A stretch of 64,000 nt of DNA from Emiliania huxleyi CCMP1516 (lineage: Eukaryota). Both the position numbers and the translations under genes were made by a program. How positions within the stretch are numbered: the first letter of the stretch is position 1; every line of letters starts with the position of its first letter. Location of the stretch: contig NW_005201144.1 of assembly GCF_000372725.1 (NCBI RefSeq), positions 124,001 through 188,000 on the forward strand, read 5' to 3'. Positions 11,220 to 23,135 of this stretch are shown piece after piece. The notes under the pieces are model-generated. The model was given only the letters and a program-made list of their open reading frames with translations, ran no database searches and had not been told where the DNA came from.

Positions 11220-14200
11220 ATGAAGGCGGCGCGCGGTCTCGCCCCGTCCCTCCGCCACGGCCTCCCGCCCCCGCCGACCCTACAGCTCCCGCCAGCGCCT
11301 CCTCCGCCGCCACCCGCCGCCGCCGCCGCAGACGACAGCCTGCCTCTCAACCACGTCGTCCACCTTGGCGCCGCGCTCAACGAGACCGCCTCGCTCTCTG
11401 ACGGCTCGACCGTGCACCGACTTGCGGTGCGCGGGCCGCCGGGCTGTGCGTGGCTCTCGGCGCGCCTGGAGGCGCTCGCGCTCCGGCCCGGCGAGCGGCT
11501 CTTTGTGCACGGCGAGCGCGGCGTCGGCGCGCAGGGAGCGTGGACGGCCGAGTCGTTGCGCCGGACCGGGCGGAGTGCCGTGGAGGGCGGCGCCCGCGCC
11601 GGCACGCTCGTGACGCCGCCGCTGCCCGGCAGCCTCCTCGTGATTGAGCTGCACTCGCCCGCCGCCGCCGCGGCCGCGGCGCCCCGCCCTCCGCCCGTGC
11701 TCGCCTCCATCGTCGCCGGCACGGCTCCAATCTTCGGGACGGCGGCGCTCGAGGCGCGCGACGCGGACGCGTACTCCGCGCCCGCCGCGGACGAGTCGGC
11801 CGGGGACGGCCCGCTCGGCCTGTGGCGCAGCCTCTTCGGCCGCTCCTCCGTCGGCGGGCCGCCTCCCTCACTGCTCGCACGCGGCGCCTCGGGGCTGCTC
11901 CCCTTCCTCCGCCTGCCGTTTCTCGAGGTTGGCGGCCCGGGCGCGGAGGAGGAGGTGGGGGAGGAGGAGGAGGGCTCCCGCCCGCTGCCCTCTGACCGCC
12001 GCCGTCTGGCCGGCCGCCTGTCCGCCTCCAACGCGACTTTCTCCTTCGCCGGCGACGACGCGAGAGCCGAGGGCCCGCTCGCCGCCGCCGTCGGCGCGGG
12101 AGGAGCGTGCATGGTCGACGTCGCGTGCGTGCCGGAGTGGGAGGAGGCGGCGCGCGGCGTCGTGGCGCTGCTCATCGACGGCGGCCTCTGCACGGGCTCG
12201 CTGCTCAACGAGAAGAGCAGGCAGCCCTCGGACCCGCCGCTACTGCTCACCGGCTTCCACTGCGTGCGCAGCTTCGTGGAGCGCAGCGTGCGGCGCGGCG
12301 TGCCGGAGGGCGCGGCGGGCTCCTTCGTGGAGGCCTCCGTCATCTACAACTGGCGCTCGCCCGGCTGCGCTTCGCCCCAGCCCCCCGCCCCGTGGCGAGG
12401 CGGCGGGCTGCAGGCCTCGTACGGCGCGCGCAGCTGCACCCTCCCGACGCCTCCCGCACCCCTCCCAACCCCAACCCCCTCCGTGCGCCCTCCGTGCGCC
12501 CTCGTCCGCCCTCCGTCCGCCCCCCGCCGAGCCCTTCCCGCCGAGCCCTCCAGGCGCGCGCCTCGTCTCGTATGCCAACGACTCCGACATGGCGCTGCTC
12601 CGGCTGGCGGAGCCGCTCCCCTCCGGTTTTGGCGCGAGGCTCAACGGGTGGAACGCGGAGCCGGCGGCGCGCCGCTCGCCCCTCCCCACACCGCCCCTCT
12701 GCTGCGCGAGCCCCCTGGCCTCAAGCACGTGCCAGAAGGGGGGGGGGGGGGGGGGCTCCGGGGAAGCGTTCCGCCGAGCCACGTCGGGCATTTGCGCGCG
12801 AGAATCGGCCGGCGCTGGCCGGCTCGCTGACACCGGTGAGGTGGAGACAGAGCACCGGCATCAGCCCCCCCCCCCCCCCCGCTTCTTCCCGCAGGCGCCA
12901 GCCTCGACCGCCTCGATCCACCACCCGTCGGGCGACCTGCAGAAGATTGCGATCTCCTTCTCCTCCCCCGAGCGGTCCCTCTTCTGCCCCGGCTGCTGCG
13001 ACGAGGACGGCGGCCGCACGTCGCCCGACCAGCGCTGCTGGCGGACGGACGAGTGGAAGGTGAAGCGGTGCGCCGTCGGCTCGCCCTCGCAGGGCCGCGG
13101 CGGCGGCGACCGGCGCGCCTCCACGCCTCCGCCCGCCCACAGGTACGACGTCGGCTCCTCCTCGCACGGCTCCTCTGGCGCGCCGCTCTTCGACCAGGAG
13201 CGGACGAGGCGCCGCGCAGGTGCAGAGGCGGCGAGCATCGGCGCGAGCTCGGCCACGCCTCGGCTGTAGGACGGGCTCGTCATCGGGCAGATGCACGGCG
13301 GCTACGCGACCTGCGCCCACCCCCGCGACGACTTCTTCGGCCAGCTCGCCCTCGCGTACAACAACACCAAGCGCTACGAGCAGCCCGCCGCCGCGGCGGC
13401 GCTCTGGCCTCACATCGACCCGCGCCCGAGCGGCTCCCTCCGGCTCAAGGGCGCCGCGGCCTCGCCGAGCGAGGAGCGCACGGAGCCGCCGCCGTCCCTC
13501 CGCATGTGGTCCAGCGCGTACGCGGCCAACCACCGGCTCGTGCTGCGCGAGGGGGCGTACTTCGCCGCGCCCGTCCACCTCGCCCTCTCCGCCCGACCCA
13601 CCGCGCCCGTCAACGTCTCGCTCGTCGCGCTCGCGGCCGACGGCGGCGCCGGCGGCGCGCCGACCGTCCAGGTGTGGACGCCGGGCTGCCTCTCCCGCGC
13701 CCCCGCCCCTCCTCCCTCCCGCGCTTCTCCCTCCCTGCCGGCCGCCTCTCCCTCCTTCTGCTGCCCCTCCCCTCACCGCCGCCCCCTCGCTCCACTCCCC
13801 CCCGCCCCCGCCCCGCCCTCCCGCCGCCGCAGGTCGAGGTGGAGCCCCGCTCCGTCACCTTCCACCCCGACACGTGGTACGCGCCTGCGAAGTTTGCGCT
13901 GCGCGTGCGCAAAGCGGCGCCGACCGCCCACAGCGCCGCGCCGCCCGAGCGCACCGTCACGGAGCTCGCCGAGGGACTCACGTCCCTGCTCGGCGCCACT
14001 CAGATGCAGGTGTGTGCGCCACCTCCACGAAGCTTCCGCTCGCACCGCTGCGCGCCGCGTGCCGGTGGCTGCGAGGGCCTCGCTGGCGCACCCCTCGCGC
14101 ACTCCCGTGCCGTCTCTGCTGACCCCTCCCCCCACCCCGTCGCCGTGCCCTCACGCACCCCCCCCCCCTCCTCCACCTCCACCCCTCTCCTCTCCCCGTG

Positions 14201-15713
14201 CACAGCTGGAGGGTGGGCGCGCGAGGTGAGGGAGCGGGCGTGGCCCGGCTCCACCACCCCGACCGCCGCGCTGCTGTGGGTCGACGTCNNNNNNNNNNNN
14301 NNNNNNNNNNNNNNNNNNNNNNNNNNNNNNNNNNNNNNNNNNNNNNNNNNNNNNNNNNNNNNNNNNNNNNNNNNNNNNNNNNNNNNNNAGAGGGAAAGAG
14401 GGAGAAAACAACCCCTCCCACCCCCCACCACCCTGGCCCCGCAGCTCGCCGCGCCGGCCGTCGTTGCCTTTGCCGGCGCACTGCCGTACGCCGAGCTCTC
14501 CGAGCCGACGGGCTGTCCCTCCTACTCGGAGCACCCGCTCGCCACGTACGTCGGCCGCGGCATCCCCACCGCGCTCCTCCTGCCGGCCGGCCGCTACTTG
14601 CTGCGCGGCCGCGGAGGCGAGACGTGGAGCCGCAAGCTCGCGCCTCCCGCGGCGTGCGACGCGGTGTGGCGCGCCGCCAGGCCATTCGCGCTCACCTGCG
14701 GCGGGCAGCTCTCCTCTGGCGACGTCGCGGCGCTCACCCGCGGCTACAACGAGTTGATGGCGCACGATGACGCGGCGCGAGACTTCCGCAGCCGGCCGCG
14801 CGTGCCGGAGTGGGTCAGCGGCGGCGCGGGCCGCACCACGCCGCCTCCGCTGGTCGACATGGACGGCGACGGCCGCGCCGACCTCGTGCTCCGCTTCTCG
14901 CTGCCCGAGGGCGCGTCGCTCTTCCAGATCGACTCGTGCGGCTCCGAGCAGGACATGCGCCTCCGCCTCTACCGCGGCTGCCCGTGGGGCGCAGGCCAGC
15001 CGGCGGGCGAGCCCCTGTCGCCCCTGCTCGCCGACGGCGACTCGGCCACCCTCAAGGCATGCCGCGACCCGCTGGCCGCTGCGGCGGGTGCGGGCGGCGG
15101 CGGCGGCGGCGGGCGGCGCCTCGCCGGGCTGGACGGGTTCCTCTCTTCGGCCGCGCTGAACGGGAGCGAGCCGCTCGCGCCGGGCGACTATTGGCTGGTG
15201 CTCGACAGCGACGCCGAGGAGGCGGGCTTCGACGGCCAGTGGCAGCTGCGCGCGCAGTGCGCCTCGTCGGACGGCGAGCCGCTCACTTCGCCGACGCCCG
15301 CCGGCGCGCTCTCCGCGCGCGGCCTGCCGGTAGCCTCTCCGTGCGACTTGCCCGAGGGCGGCGGCTGCACGGCGTGCACCGGCCTCGACCGGTGCGGCTG
15401 GTGCGCCGACGCCGACGGGTACGGCGGGGCTTGCGTGGTTGGCGTCGTCGATGGGCCGCTCCTCGCCGCGTGCGGCGGGGATCGCGTGTGGCAGCCCTTT
15501 GAGGATAGCTGCGGCGTGCCGCCCAGCCCGAGCCCGTGGCCCGAGGATCAGGAAGTGTCGCCTTGGGCGTGGCGGAGCGCTAGCGAACCCGCGCCAGTCG
15601 CCGCCAACGGCTCCGCCGGCGCCGCCCCGTGGGCCGCCGGCCTCGCTGCCTTCGCCGCGCTCGCGCTTGCGCGGCGCCAAAGGCGCCGCGGCACCGCGCG
15701 CCCGATGGTCTGA
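11220..15713 (+). CDS. Multi-exon trypsin-like serine protease (lysyl endopeptidase/Achromobacter protease I-like) with C-terminal PPC-like and PSI-like domains and hydrophobic tail
   Basis: GLCTGSLLN..LLLTGFHC (His), NDSDMALLRL (Asp), IHHPSGDLQKI, HGSSGAPLFDQ (Ser), VIGQMHGG, GDYWLVLDS and CTACTGLDRCGWC. Several introns; the gene spans an assembly gap and the start codon is uncertain. Confidence 0.8.
14289..14388. other. Assembly gap (100 N)
   Basis: Run of N. Confidence 1.
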
Positions 15714-16114
15714 GTGCTGAGAGGGTCTGGCTCGTTCCGCGCTGCACTGGCGAGATGAGCCCCGCTTCGGTCTTGACCGGGCGGTTTTGTCAAGGTATGG
15801 GTGTGTCGGCGTTTGCTGTTTTGCGCGCGCTTTTGCGGGGAGCGGCAACGGTGTGGATGATACTGTGTGTGGCTGGGTCCTTGGAGCCCTCCTGATAATG
15901 TGTGTATTAGAATTCTTTTGGCCCCTAAAAGAAAGAAAACCGAATTTGATTCCTAAAAGAAAGAAAACTGGATGTTAGAATTCTTTTTCCGGCGGGGAAA
16001 TTCTTTTTCTTGTGTGCCTGTGATAGTACTAGCACGCGCCAGTTCGCACCTCTGCGAACGCGGCAAATTCTTTTTCTTCGGGCTCATTTGTCATTCACTC
16101 GCTTGATGCGCACG

Positions 16115-16750
16115 ATGGCATTTCTGCTCGCCGCCTCCGCCACTGCGCTCGTGCTTTCGAAGCCTCCGCCAGGCGCTGCGATCGTGCTTGGAGCTGCGCC
16201 ACTTCGTGTGCCGGCCGGGCGCCCGGTGCAGATGGGGCTGCTCGGCCGCGTCAAGAAGATCTTCGCCCGGCCCGAAGCTGGTTCAACCACGGCCGTGGAT
16301 GTGACACCGGCCGCGTCTTCAGTCGCGGATGAGATTGCGAAACTCACATCCGTCACCAAGGCTGGCGCCACACAGTACCCGACCGCGGCTGACATTGAGG
16401 AGTACTGCCGCGACCCCGAGTCATCTGGCTGCGACATTGAGATGTGCTCTCCTTACGCCAGCCCGCGCCCTCTGCTGTGACATTGAGATGTGCACCCCTT
16501 ACGCCAGCCCGCGCTCTCTGCTGTGACACTGAGATTGCCACTCCTTGCGCCAGCCCGCGCCCGTCTGTGTGCTGCGTGCCCACGCCGCGCCTTGCGCCTC
16601 AGGATCGAGAAGCTTATGGCCGAGGCCGCCAAGCTCAAGGAGGCCCAGGCCAAGGAGACGGCGGGCTACAACCAGATCCAGCTCAACTTCATGAAGCCCA
16701 AGCCGCTTCGGTGGAGCCCCGACGAGCAGGCGGTGCCGTCGGCGGAGTGA
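16115..16750 (+). CDS. Small, probably plastid-targeted protein with Cys-pair motif (weakly CP12-like)
   Basis: Signal/transit-like N-terminus ending PVQM, motif IEEYCRDPESSGC, and a GT-AG intron at 16444-16602 that keeps the frame. Confidence 0.6.
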
Positions 16751-17116
16751 CCCCACACACGGTGGCAGGGGCACGTCAGAGTGCCCCGCTGCATCTGCGT
16801 GACAGGGGCCACGCCCGGTGCCCCGTCGCGCCCTCCGCGGCGCAGCGGCAGGGCAGGTCTCGCCCCCCCCGGGCGTGTGGCGATAGCCGCAATGGCCGGC
16901 GGCTGTGCTCCGGCCTCTGGCTCTGCCGCTGTACGCGCGACTGTATTTTTGTGGAGAGACCAGAGGTGGTGCGCATGAATTTGGAAGAAAGCAACATTTC
17001 GTTACAACCCGCACGTGCCTCCTTTGTTTTGTTTATAAAATGAACTCGGGGACACAGGACGCGGCACAAACGGGGCACAAACGCCAGGCTACAAAAATGT
17101 TGTTGCGACAGCGGAT

Positions 17117-17904
17117 CTGAGTTGCCGGGAACGGCAACTGGGGTCCGTTCTGACTAGTACATGTAACACGTTCTGGCCCTCGCCATTCTGATCATTCCTG
17201 GAACACCCTCGGACCGACCCAGGTGGCCGGCCGAGTAAAACCCGGGTATACCCGAGAATTCTCAGGTATACCCGAAAAATACCCGGAGCGCGCGCGTCGC
17301 TATGGCGCCCTATCCCACAGGCACGTGCGCCAACTGCACCAACCACGGTGTGCTCAAGTATGCGCGCCGCACCATGTGTACCCGCTATATCGAGCGTGAC
17401 CGCGTCAACTTCGTCGCCAAGTTCGACGTTGACAACGGCGCGGCGACGGACCTCTCACTCGAGTCGTCGATGTACGACGGCTCGCCGTCGGCAGAGTACG
17501 AGTTGTGGCTGCTGCTCGAGCCTGTTCTGGCGCCGACGGAGGCGGCGGCCCTGCCAGCGGCGGCCGGCGGCGCGATCGTCGCCGCGTGAAGCGGTCGGAC
17601 TGGCTGGGGCCGGGCGGTGGGCGGTGGGCTGCCCGGGGGGATGGGCTGTGGCACGGTCCGAGTCGTAGGGCCGGTGCCGCCTGGATGGATGCCGTTCTGA
17701 TCATTCCTGCGACCTTTGTAGTCTTCCGTCCGAGGTCGGGCTGAGGGAGGACTGATGAGCCGCGTCACTGTCCCTGTGCCTATCTGCTGCTAGTACCGAG
17801 AGAGAGGCTCTGGGAGGCGGGCCCAGCGGCCGGTGTTCTGAACGTTCTGAGAACGCATTCCCAGCCTTGCCATTCTGATCATTCCCCTTACCTCGGCAAC
17901 TCAG
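17117..17904. mobile_element. Non-autonomous TIR DNA transposon (hAT-like)
   Basis: 11-bp TIR CTGAGTTGCCG / CGGCAACTCAG with AGCGGAT on both flanks and repeated TTCTGATCATTCC motifs. Segment 17225-17290 is homologous to 4850-4915. Confidence 0.55.
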
Positions 17905-17982
17905 CGAGCGGATGACAGGGTGAGGGAAGTGGGTCGACGCACCCCCGGAAGACTGGGCGGAGCAGAGAGGTCCCAGGAGCAG

Positions 17983-18062
17983 AAAGAAAGAAAGAAAGAA
18001 AACAGACAACCCAAGGGAGGGATGGGAGGACGGCACGCCGCCACCACACAGGGATTTTAAGG
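17983..18062 (-). mobile_element. TTTC-family retroposed 3' end
   Basis: Near-identical to 8729-8808. Confidence 0.75.
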
Positions 18063-18103
18063 TGTTGGTAGCGAAGTGTTTCTTTTCTGCTCGTAGCCAG
18101 ACG

Positions 18104-19754
18104 ATGGGTGCCACTAGCGAGGACGAGGGCTCCACGGGCGACGCCCTCGACATCGTTCTCTACCTCTTCGTCCTCGGTCCCGCCGTGGAGTGGTGCCTCA
18201 AGTCGCCCCGCGTCAACAGAGGCCGTCCCGGGTCGTGGCGCGGCGTCTCGCTCGCGGTGCTGCTGCTCGCGCTCGTGGCGGCGGGCAAGATGGCGTGGGA
18301 GTCTGGCACGCGGGAGCCGAACCACTTCGAGACGCTCGGGGTGCGCGTGGACGCGGGGACCGCCGAGATCAAGCGGGCGTACAAGACCGAGAGCCTCAAA
18401 TACCATCCCGACAAGACAGACGACCCGGCAGCGCCGGCCATCTTCATGCGGATGCAGCGCGCGTACGAGACGCTCAAGGACCCGAGCTCGCGCGACGCGT
18501 ACAACCGGTTCGGCGGCAAGAGCGGCGACGACGAGAGCGGCGGGATGACGGGTGCGGCGATGTTTTACGCCATCTGGCTCGTGCTCGGCTACTTGCTCAC
18601 GATGGGGCGCGCCTCGGAGGACGCGCGGACGTGGGCCTTCTCTGGCCTGCTCGCCCTGGCCGTGGTGGAGTACCAGACGCGGGTCCTAAAATACGACTAC
18701 CTCGCCATGGCGCGCACTCCCCGCTACTCCCGCCACTCCGCCGACACTCCGCCGACACTGCGCCGACACGCATGCGAGCGGCGCCCACTATGTTTGTGCG
18801 GCGTTGTGGTGCGGGCGCCGGGCACAGCTCGGGGGGGGGGCGGGCCTTGCGGGCGTGCACGGGCGGGCCGAGGCTCGCGGGCGCGTCCTCACGCTCTCCG
18901 CCCGGCCCGCAGGTGCTCCCGCACACGACCGTGCACGAGAAGCTCGAGCTGCTGCACCGGCTCTTCCCGCCCTTTCTGCACGGCTCGAGGATGATCTCGC
19001 AGGTCGTGTTTCGCGACATCGGTGCCTGTCTCCGCCGCGGGTGGGCGCCGCCCCCGCGCGGGGCCGAGGGCTGAGCCGGGGCTCGCGCCGCCTGTTAGGC
19101 GTCTACAACAAGATGCTTGTGGAGCAGATGCACGTGAAGGCGCCGCGGGGGGAGGGGCGGGGGGGAAGTTGCGTGGCGCTTGGGCGTGGGAGGAGCGGGA
19201 CGCCCAACGGCACAGAAAGGGGGGAGCGAGGCGGAGGAGACGGCGCGCACGGCGCGAGAGGGCTCTCTGGCGAGGGGGGTCCGAGAGGCGGCGGAAGTGA
19301 AGCGGGGAGGCCGCGCGCTGCCGACGGCGATCGCTCCGACTCTCCTCTGGTCCTTTGGCGGTGGCTCACTCGCCCCGCCACCTCCCCACACCAGGTGGAC
19401 GAGCTCGGGAAGCTCGCCTACGCGACCCAGCGCGAGATTGCCAAGCAGGGGATCGCGCGGCCGTCGGGTGTTGCCGCGCCGCTGGCCGCCGCTGCAGACG
19501 GCTTCGCCAAGCTGGGGGGGGAGAAGGCTGCCGACGCGGCGGTCGGCGCCGCGGCGCCCAGTGTTGCGCGAGCGTCCTCGGGCGCGGCGGTCGCCGGGGC
19601 GGGGGCCGAGAGCGCGGCGGACCAGGAGGCGGCGGCCAAGCAGGCGGCGGCGAGGGAGGCGGCGGCGGCGAGCCAGCAAAACAACCGGATGACGAACCTC
19701 ATCCTCTTCTTCCTGGTGTACGCGGGGTTCAAATACGTAATGGACAAGGACTAG
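18104..19754 (+). CDS. DnaJ (Hsp40) domain membrane protein, multi-exon
   Basis: NHFETLGV..EIKRAYK..LKYHPDK..RAYETLKDP..RDAYN J-domain with several hydrophobic segments. The first intron appears to use a GC donor at 18710. Confidence 0.85.
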
Positions 19755-20282
19755 GGACGTGCCCCCGCGGAGAACGTCGTACGTTGGCCCGGCGGCGGCC
19801 GAGGAGGAGCGCTGTGAGTTGGTTGAGAGGCAAAGCTTGAGAGACGAGCGAGGCCAGCGAGGCGGGAACGAGCGCCGGTGCGGGGAGCGCGGCGCCGGCA
19901 CTGGTGCGCATGCCGCATGGATACTTCCAGTTGTGAGAGAGTGCAGAGAGTATAATAGAAGCAAGTTCGAAGGTCCGACCCGCAAGGTCGCCCCCGGTCT
20001 CACTGACTCGCTCTACGGCTCTAGACACTACGCGTGGCTGGGTTCACAGCGATTGTATAGGAAAATGACGGGAAAGCGACACAGTCCATGTGGGACGCGT
20101 CGAGTATCGACCTCTACTGCTTACCCAACCTTCGAGTGTATCCTGGCTGTGGTCCCACACCCACTGGTGTCCATCTCAGAGACCGCAGGAGGTCATGAGG
20201 GTCGATGGGAGTGCCAACCCCACAATGCCTAAAAACCCAGCCCAGTAGAGGCGCGCTAGACCTACCGTAGACCCTAGGTCGT

Positions 20283-20410
20283 AGGTGCTTGCACTCTTTG
20301 AATGCCGTGGGGCTCCTGCCCGTGTCCGGGCGTGGAGATGCGAGGGTCGCCCCCCCTTGCCCCACCACTTTGTGTGTGTGGAGACGTTTACCTTACCTTA
20401 CCTTACCTTA
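20283..20410 (+). mobile_element. 3' end of the (CCTTA)n-tailed retroelement family
   Basis: Reverse complement of 3091-3217. Confidence 0.8.
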
Positions 20411-21302
20411 GAGCCGAAAGCCTGTGCCGGGCGTATACAGTAAAAAAAACTGGTAACTCGTGCACAGCGCGCGTCCCCATCCGCATGTGGGCCATGGGGG
20501 GCGAGTCTCGCTCGTGAGACGTGACTCGTCGCGCGTCGCGTCTGACGAGTGACGACCTCTCCGTCGAGGCACCGACGAGGGCTCACAGCTCTCCGCGACT
20601 TTTTTGCCTTCTCGCTCTCTCGCCGACGGAGAGAGATAGAGACAGAGAGCCCGCCCCGTCGGCCCGTGACCGCCGTGAGCAGGCGCGTGATTGGCCCAGG
20701 CCCCAATTTCATCGAATTTATTTCAAAATCTGCAGCCGCGGAGCGCGCGCGCTCCTTCTCTGGTAGGACGGGAACGAGATGATAGTAGAGAGTAGAAGAA
20801 AGCAAAGAGGAGCCCTGCGCACGCACGACTCCGCAGGAGAAGCCCCTCCCCAGACAAAACACAAGGGAGAGGTGGGTGGGTCACAGAAAACTGCGGCCGC
20901 CAGCGACTGAGCGTCTCGCTGGCGGACGGGGAGAGGAACACAAAGGAACGTCTGGACGTCCATCCAATGGGATGAGAGTACTGGAGACCTGAGGTCGAAT
21001 CTGCCGATTCCACAGCCGCCCACAGGAGCGCCGCCTCAACACGGGGTCTCGGCTCTATCGAGCCATGCTAGCTCCAGCCGCAGCCCCACCCGGCCGCCCG
21101 AGGGTGTTCCCGCAGGCAGAGAAGACCAATCCTGGGGGAAGTAACCTTCTCTGGTAGGACGGGAACGAGATGATAGTAGGGAGTAGAAGAAAGCAAAGAG
21201 GAGCCCTGCGCACGCACGTGGACGACTCCGCAGGAGAAGCCCCTCCCGCCCGTGCTTGCGCAGCGCAGCCTCCTCCTCCCTACTCGCAAGCCGGGTAGCC
21301 CG

Positions 21303-21470
21303 CGGGTGATTATGATGGGTTCCACCCTGCGGTGATTATGAGCGGTGATTATGATGGGTTCCACCCTGCGGTGATTATGATGGGTTCCACCCTGCGGTGA
21401 TTATGATGGGTTCCACCCTGCGGTGATTATGATGGGTTCCACCCTGCGGTGATTATGATGGGTTCCACCC
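21303..21470. repeat. 26-bp minisatellite GCGGTGATTATGATGGGTTCCACCCT (about 6 copies, one partial)
   Basis: Head-to-tail units with no spacers. Confidence 0.9.
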
Positions 21471-22242
21471 CCTGCAGCGCGCCTTATGCGGTAAGTTGTC
21501 GCGAAGGCAGCGGCCGCAGTTGGTTGAGCGGGACGCGCGCGTCCTCGTATGGTCGGCCATCGCGCGTCGTGGCAATCGTGAACCGTACGATTGCGGTGTG
21601 CTTGGAGCATCGCAACACGGTCGCTGCCCAGCCGGCTCCACCGAACTCCTTGCATGCGTACTGCGGCCAGAGGGCGCTTGCGACGAGGGCCGGTCGCCCC
21701 GTGGCGTTTTCGGCGGTGATCGGTCGGGCGTCGATGGACGCGCTTGGCGCTGCTTCGCGAGAGGAACACAAGGGGACGTCCGGACGTCCATCCACTGGGA
21801 TGAGAGTACTGGAGACCTGAGGTCGAATCTGCGGCGGGGTGGCGGTCAAGCACGCGACGGGGTGGATCTGGTGCGTCTAGTATCACTGGTGGGCTGGGTG
21901 TGCAGCAGCAGCACTCAAAAAGAGGCAAAAAAAGCGGCTGCTGTTTTGAGTGTCAGCTCTCTCGACGCACCGTCCTCGGGCCCCTCGAAAAGCTGGCTGG
22001 TGGTCGCGCGGGGCGCGTCGCGGCGCGACTCCGACTGATCGGGCACCTCGGCTGGGTCCATCCAGGCGCCGACAGCCCTCCACTGTGCGTGCGGCCGTAT
22101 GCGGGTTGCTTGCTGTGCTGCTGACTCTGGGGAAGCTCGGAGCGGCAGCAACAGCGCTCACCGCCGGTCAGCCCGCCGCAATCGTAGCGGCTGCGCCCGC
22201 TCGATGGCGGATTGTCGCGCCGACCTCGCCGCGAGGCGAGGT

Positions 22243-22350
22243 AACGGGTCCAGGCCCGAACGGGCTCCCCGCCGAATTCTTTAAGCGATTTGAAGCCCTG
22301 CTCGCCAAGCCGCTTCACCGAGTTTTTCTCGAAGTGGCTGAGCGAGGCTG
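22243..22350 (+). pseudogene. LINE (L1/Tx1-like) ORF2 reverse-transcriptase N-terminal fragment
   Basis: GPGPNGLPAEFFKRFEALLAKPLHRVFLEVAERG matches the PGPDG.paefyk motif that precedes LINE RT. Confidence 0.7.
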
Positions 22351-23135
22351 GCAGGAAGAGTCCACCCGAAGAGGGGGGCTAGGGGGCCAAATCCACGGCC
22401 ACAACCCCCTAGAGGCAATGGAGCTGAGAGAAGGCGCTCGACTGCAAGGGTAGCAGAGCGCCACTCCTACGCCCACGCCCCCTCAAAGACGGCAGAAACA
22501 GTCACACGCAATTAGTACATGGCCCAGCTCGCGCCATCGCCCACACTCGAGCTTTGCAGCGCGCGGGCTCACACTCTACTATAGGCCCCCTCGACGCCCA
22601 CTTCGAGCTATACTCAGCTAAGGGCCGCACTTGACGCTGTCAGCAGCGCGCGGCGAAGCAGTTTGGCGCTTGTGGTGAATCAAATGGGAATCTAGCCCAA
22701 GGTCGGAGAGTCGTGTCATAGGAGAGGAGAGAGTGTGGAGATGTTTTGTGCGGGATCAGGCCCGAGTCCCTAGTGTCGCCGGAGCAGTAGCTACCTTTTT
22801 CGTAACAGGAACAGTTTTTGTTTTCGGCTGGGTCCATCGGCACGAGGCCTGCGCCGTCGGGCAGCCCCGCGAGCGCATATGGGCGGCCGGCGCGAGCGGC
22901 CCAGATCGGCGCTGGGTTGGTACTGACGTATGAAAAGACGTGGCGCCCCAGAGGCGAGAGGGGGGGTCCGAATAAGATACATCATAGAACGAGGGCCCGC
23001 TGCTTTGACAAAACTGATAAGGAGAAACAAGGCAAAAAAAGAGCTCCACGCCCTCCATCCCCCCCCCCCCCCCCCGCCGCAAGCCGATGTAGCCGAGAGG
23101 CAGAGGCTTGCAGCTCGCACTCACGGTTCACCCTC

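Noticed and set aside
17753..17790. Hammerhead ribozyme core (CTGATGA)
   Set aside because: No correctly placed GAAA or flanking stems were found.
21303..21470. Possible CRISPR array
   Set aside because: Units are contiguous with no unique spacers, there are no cas genes, and the context is eukaryotic.
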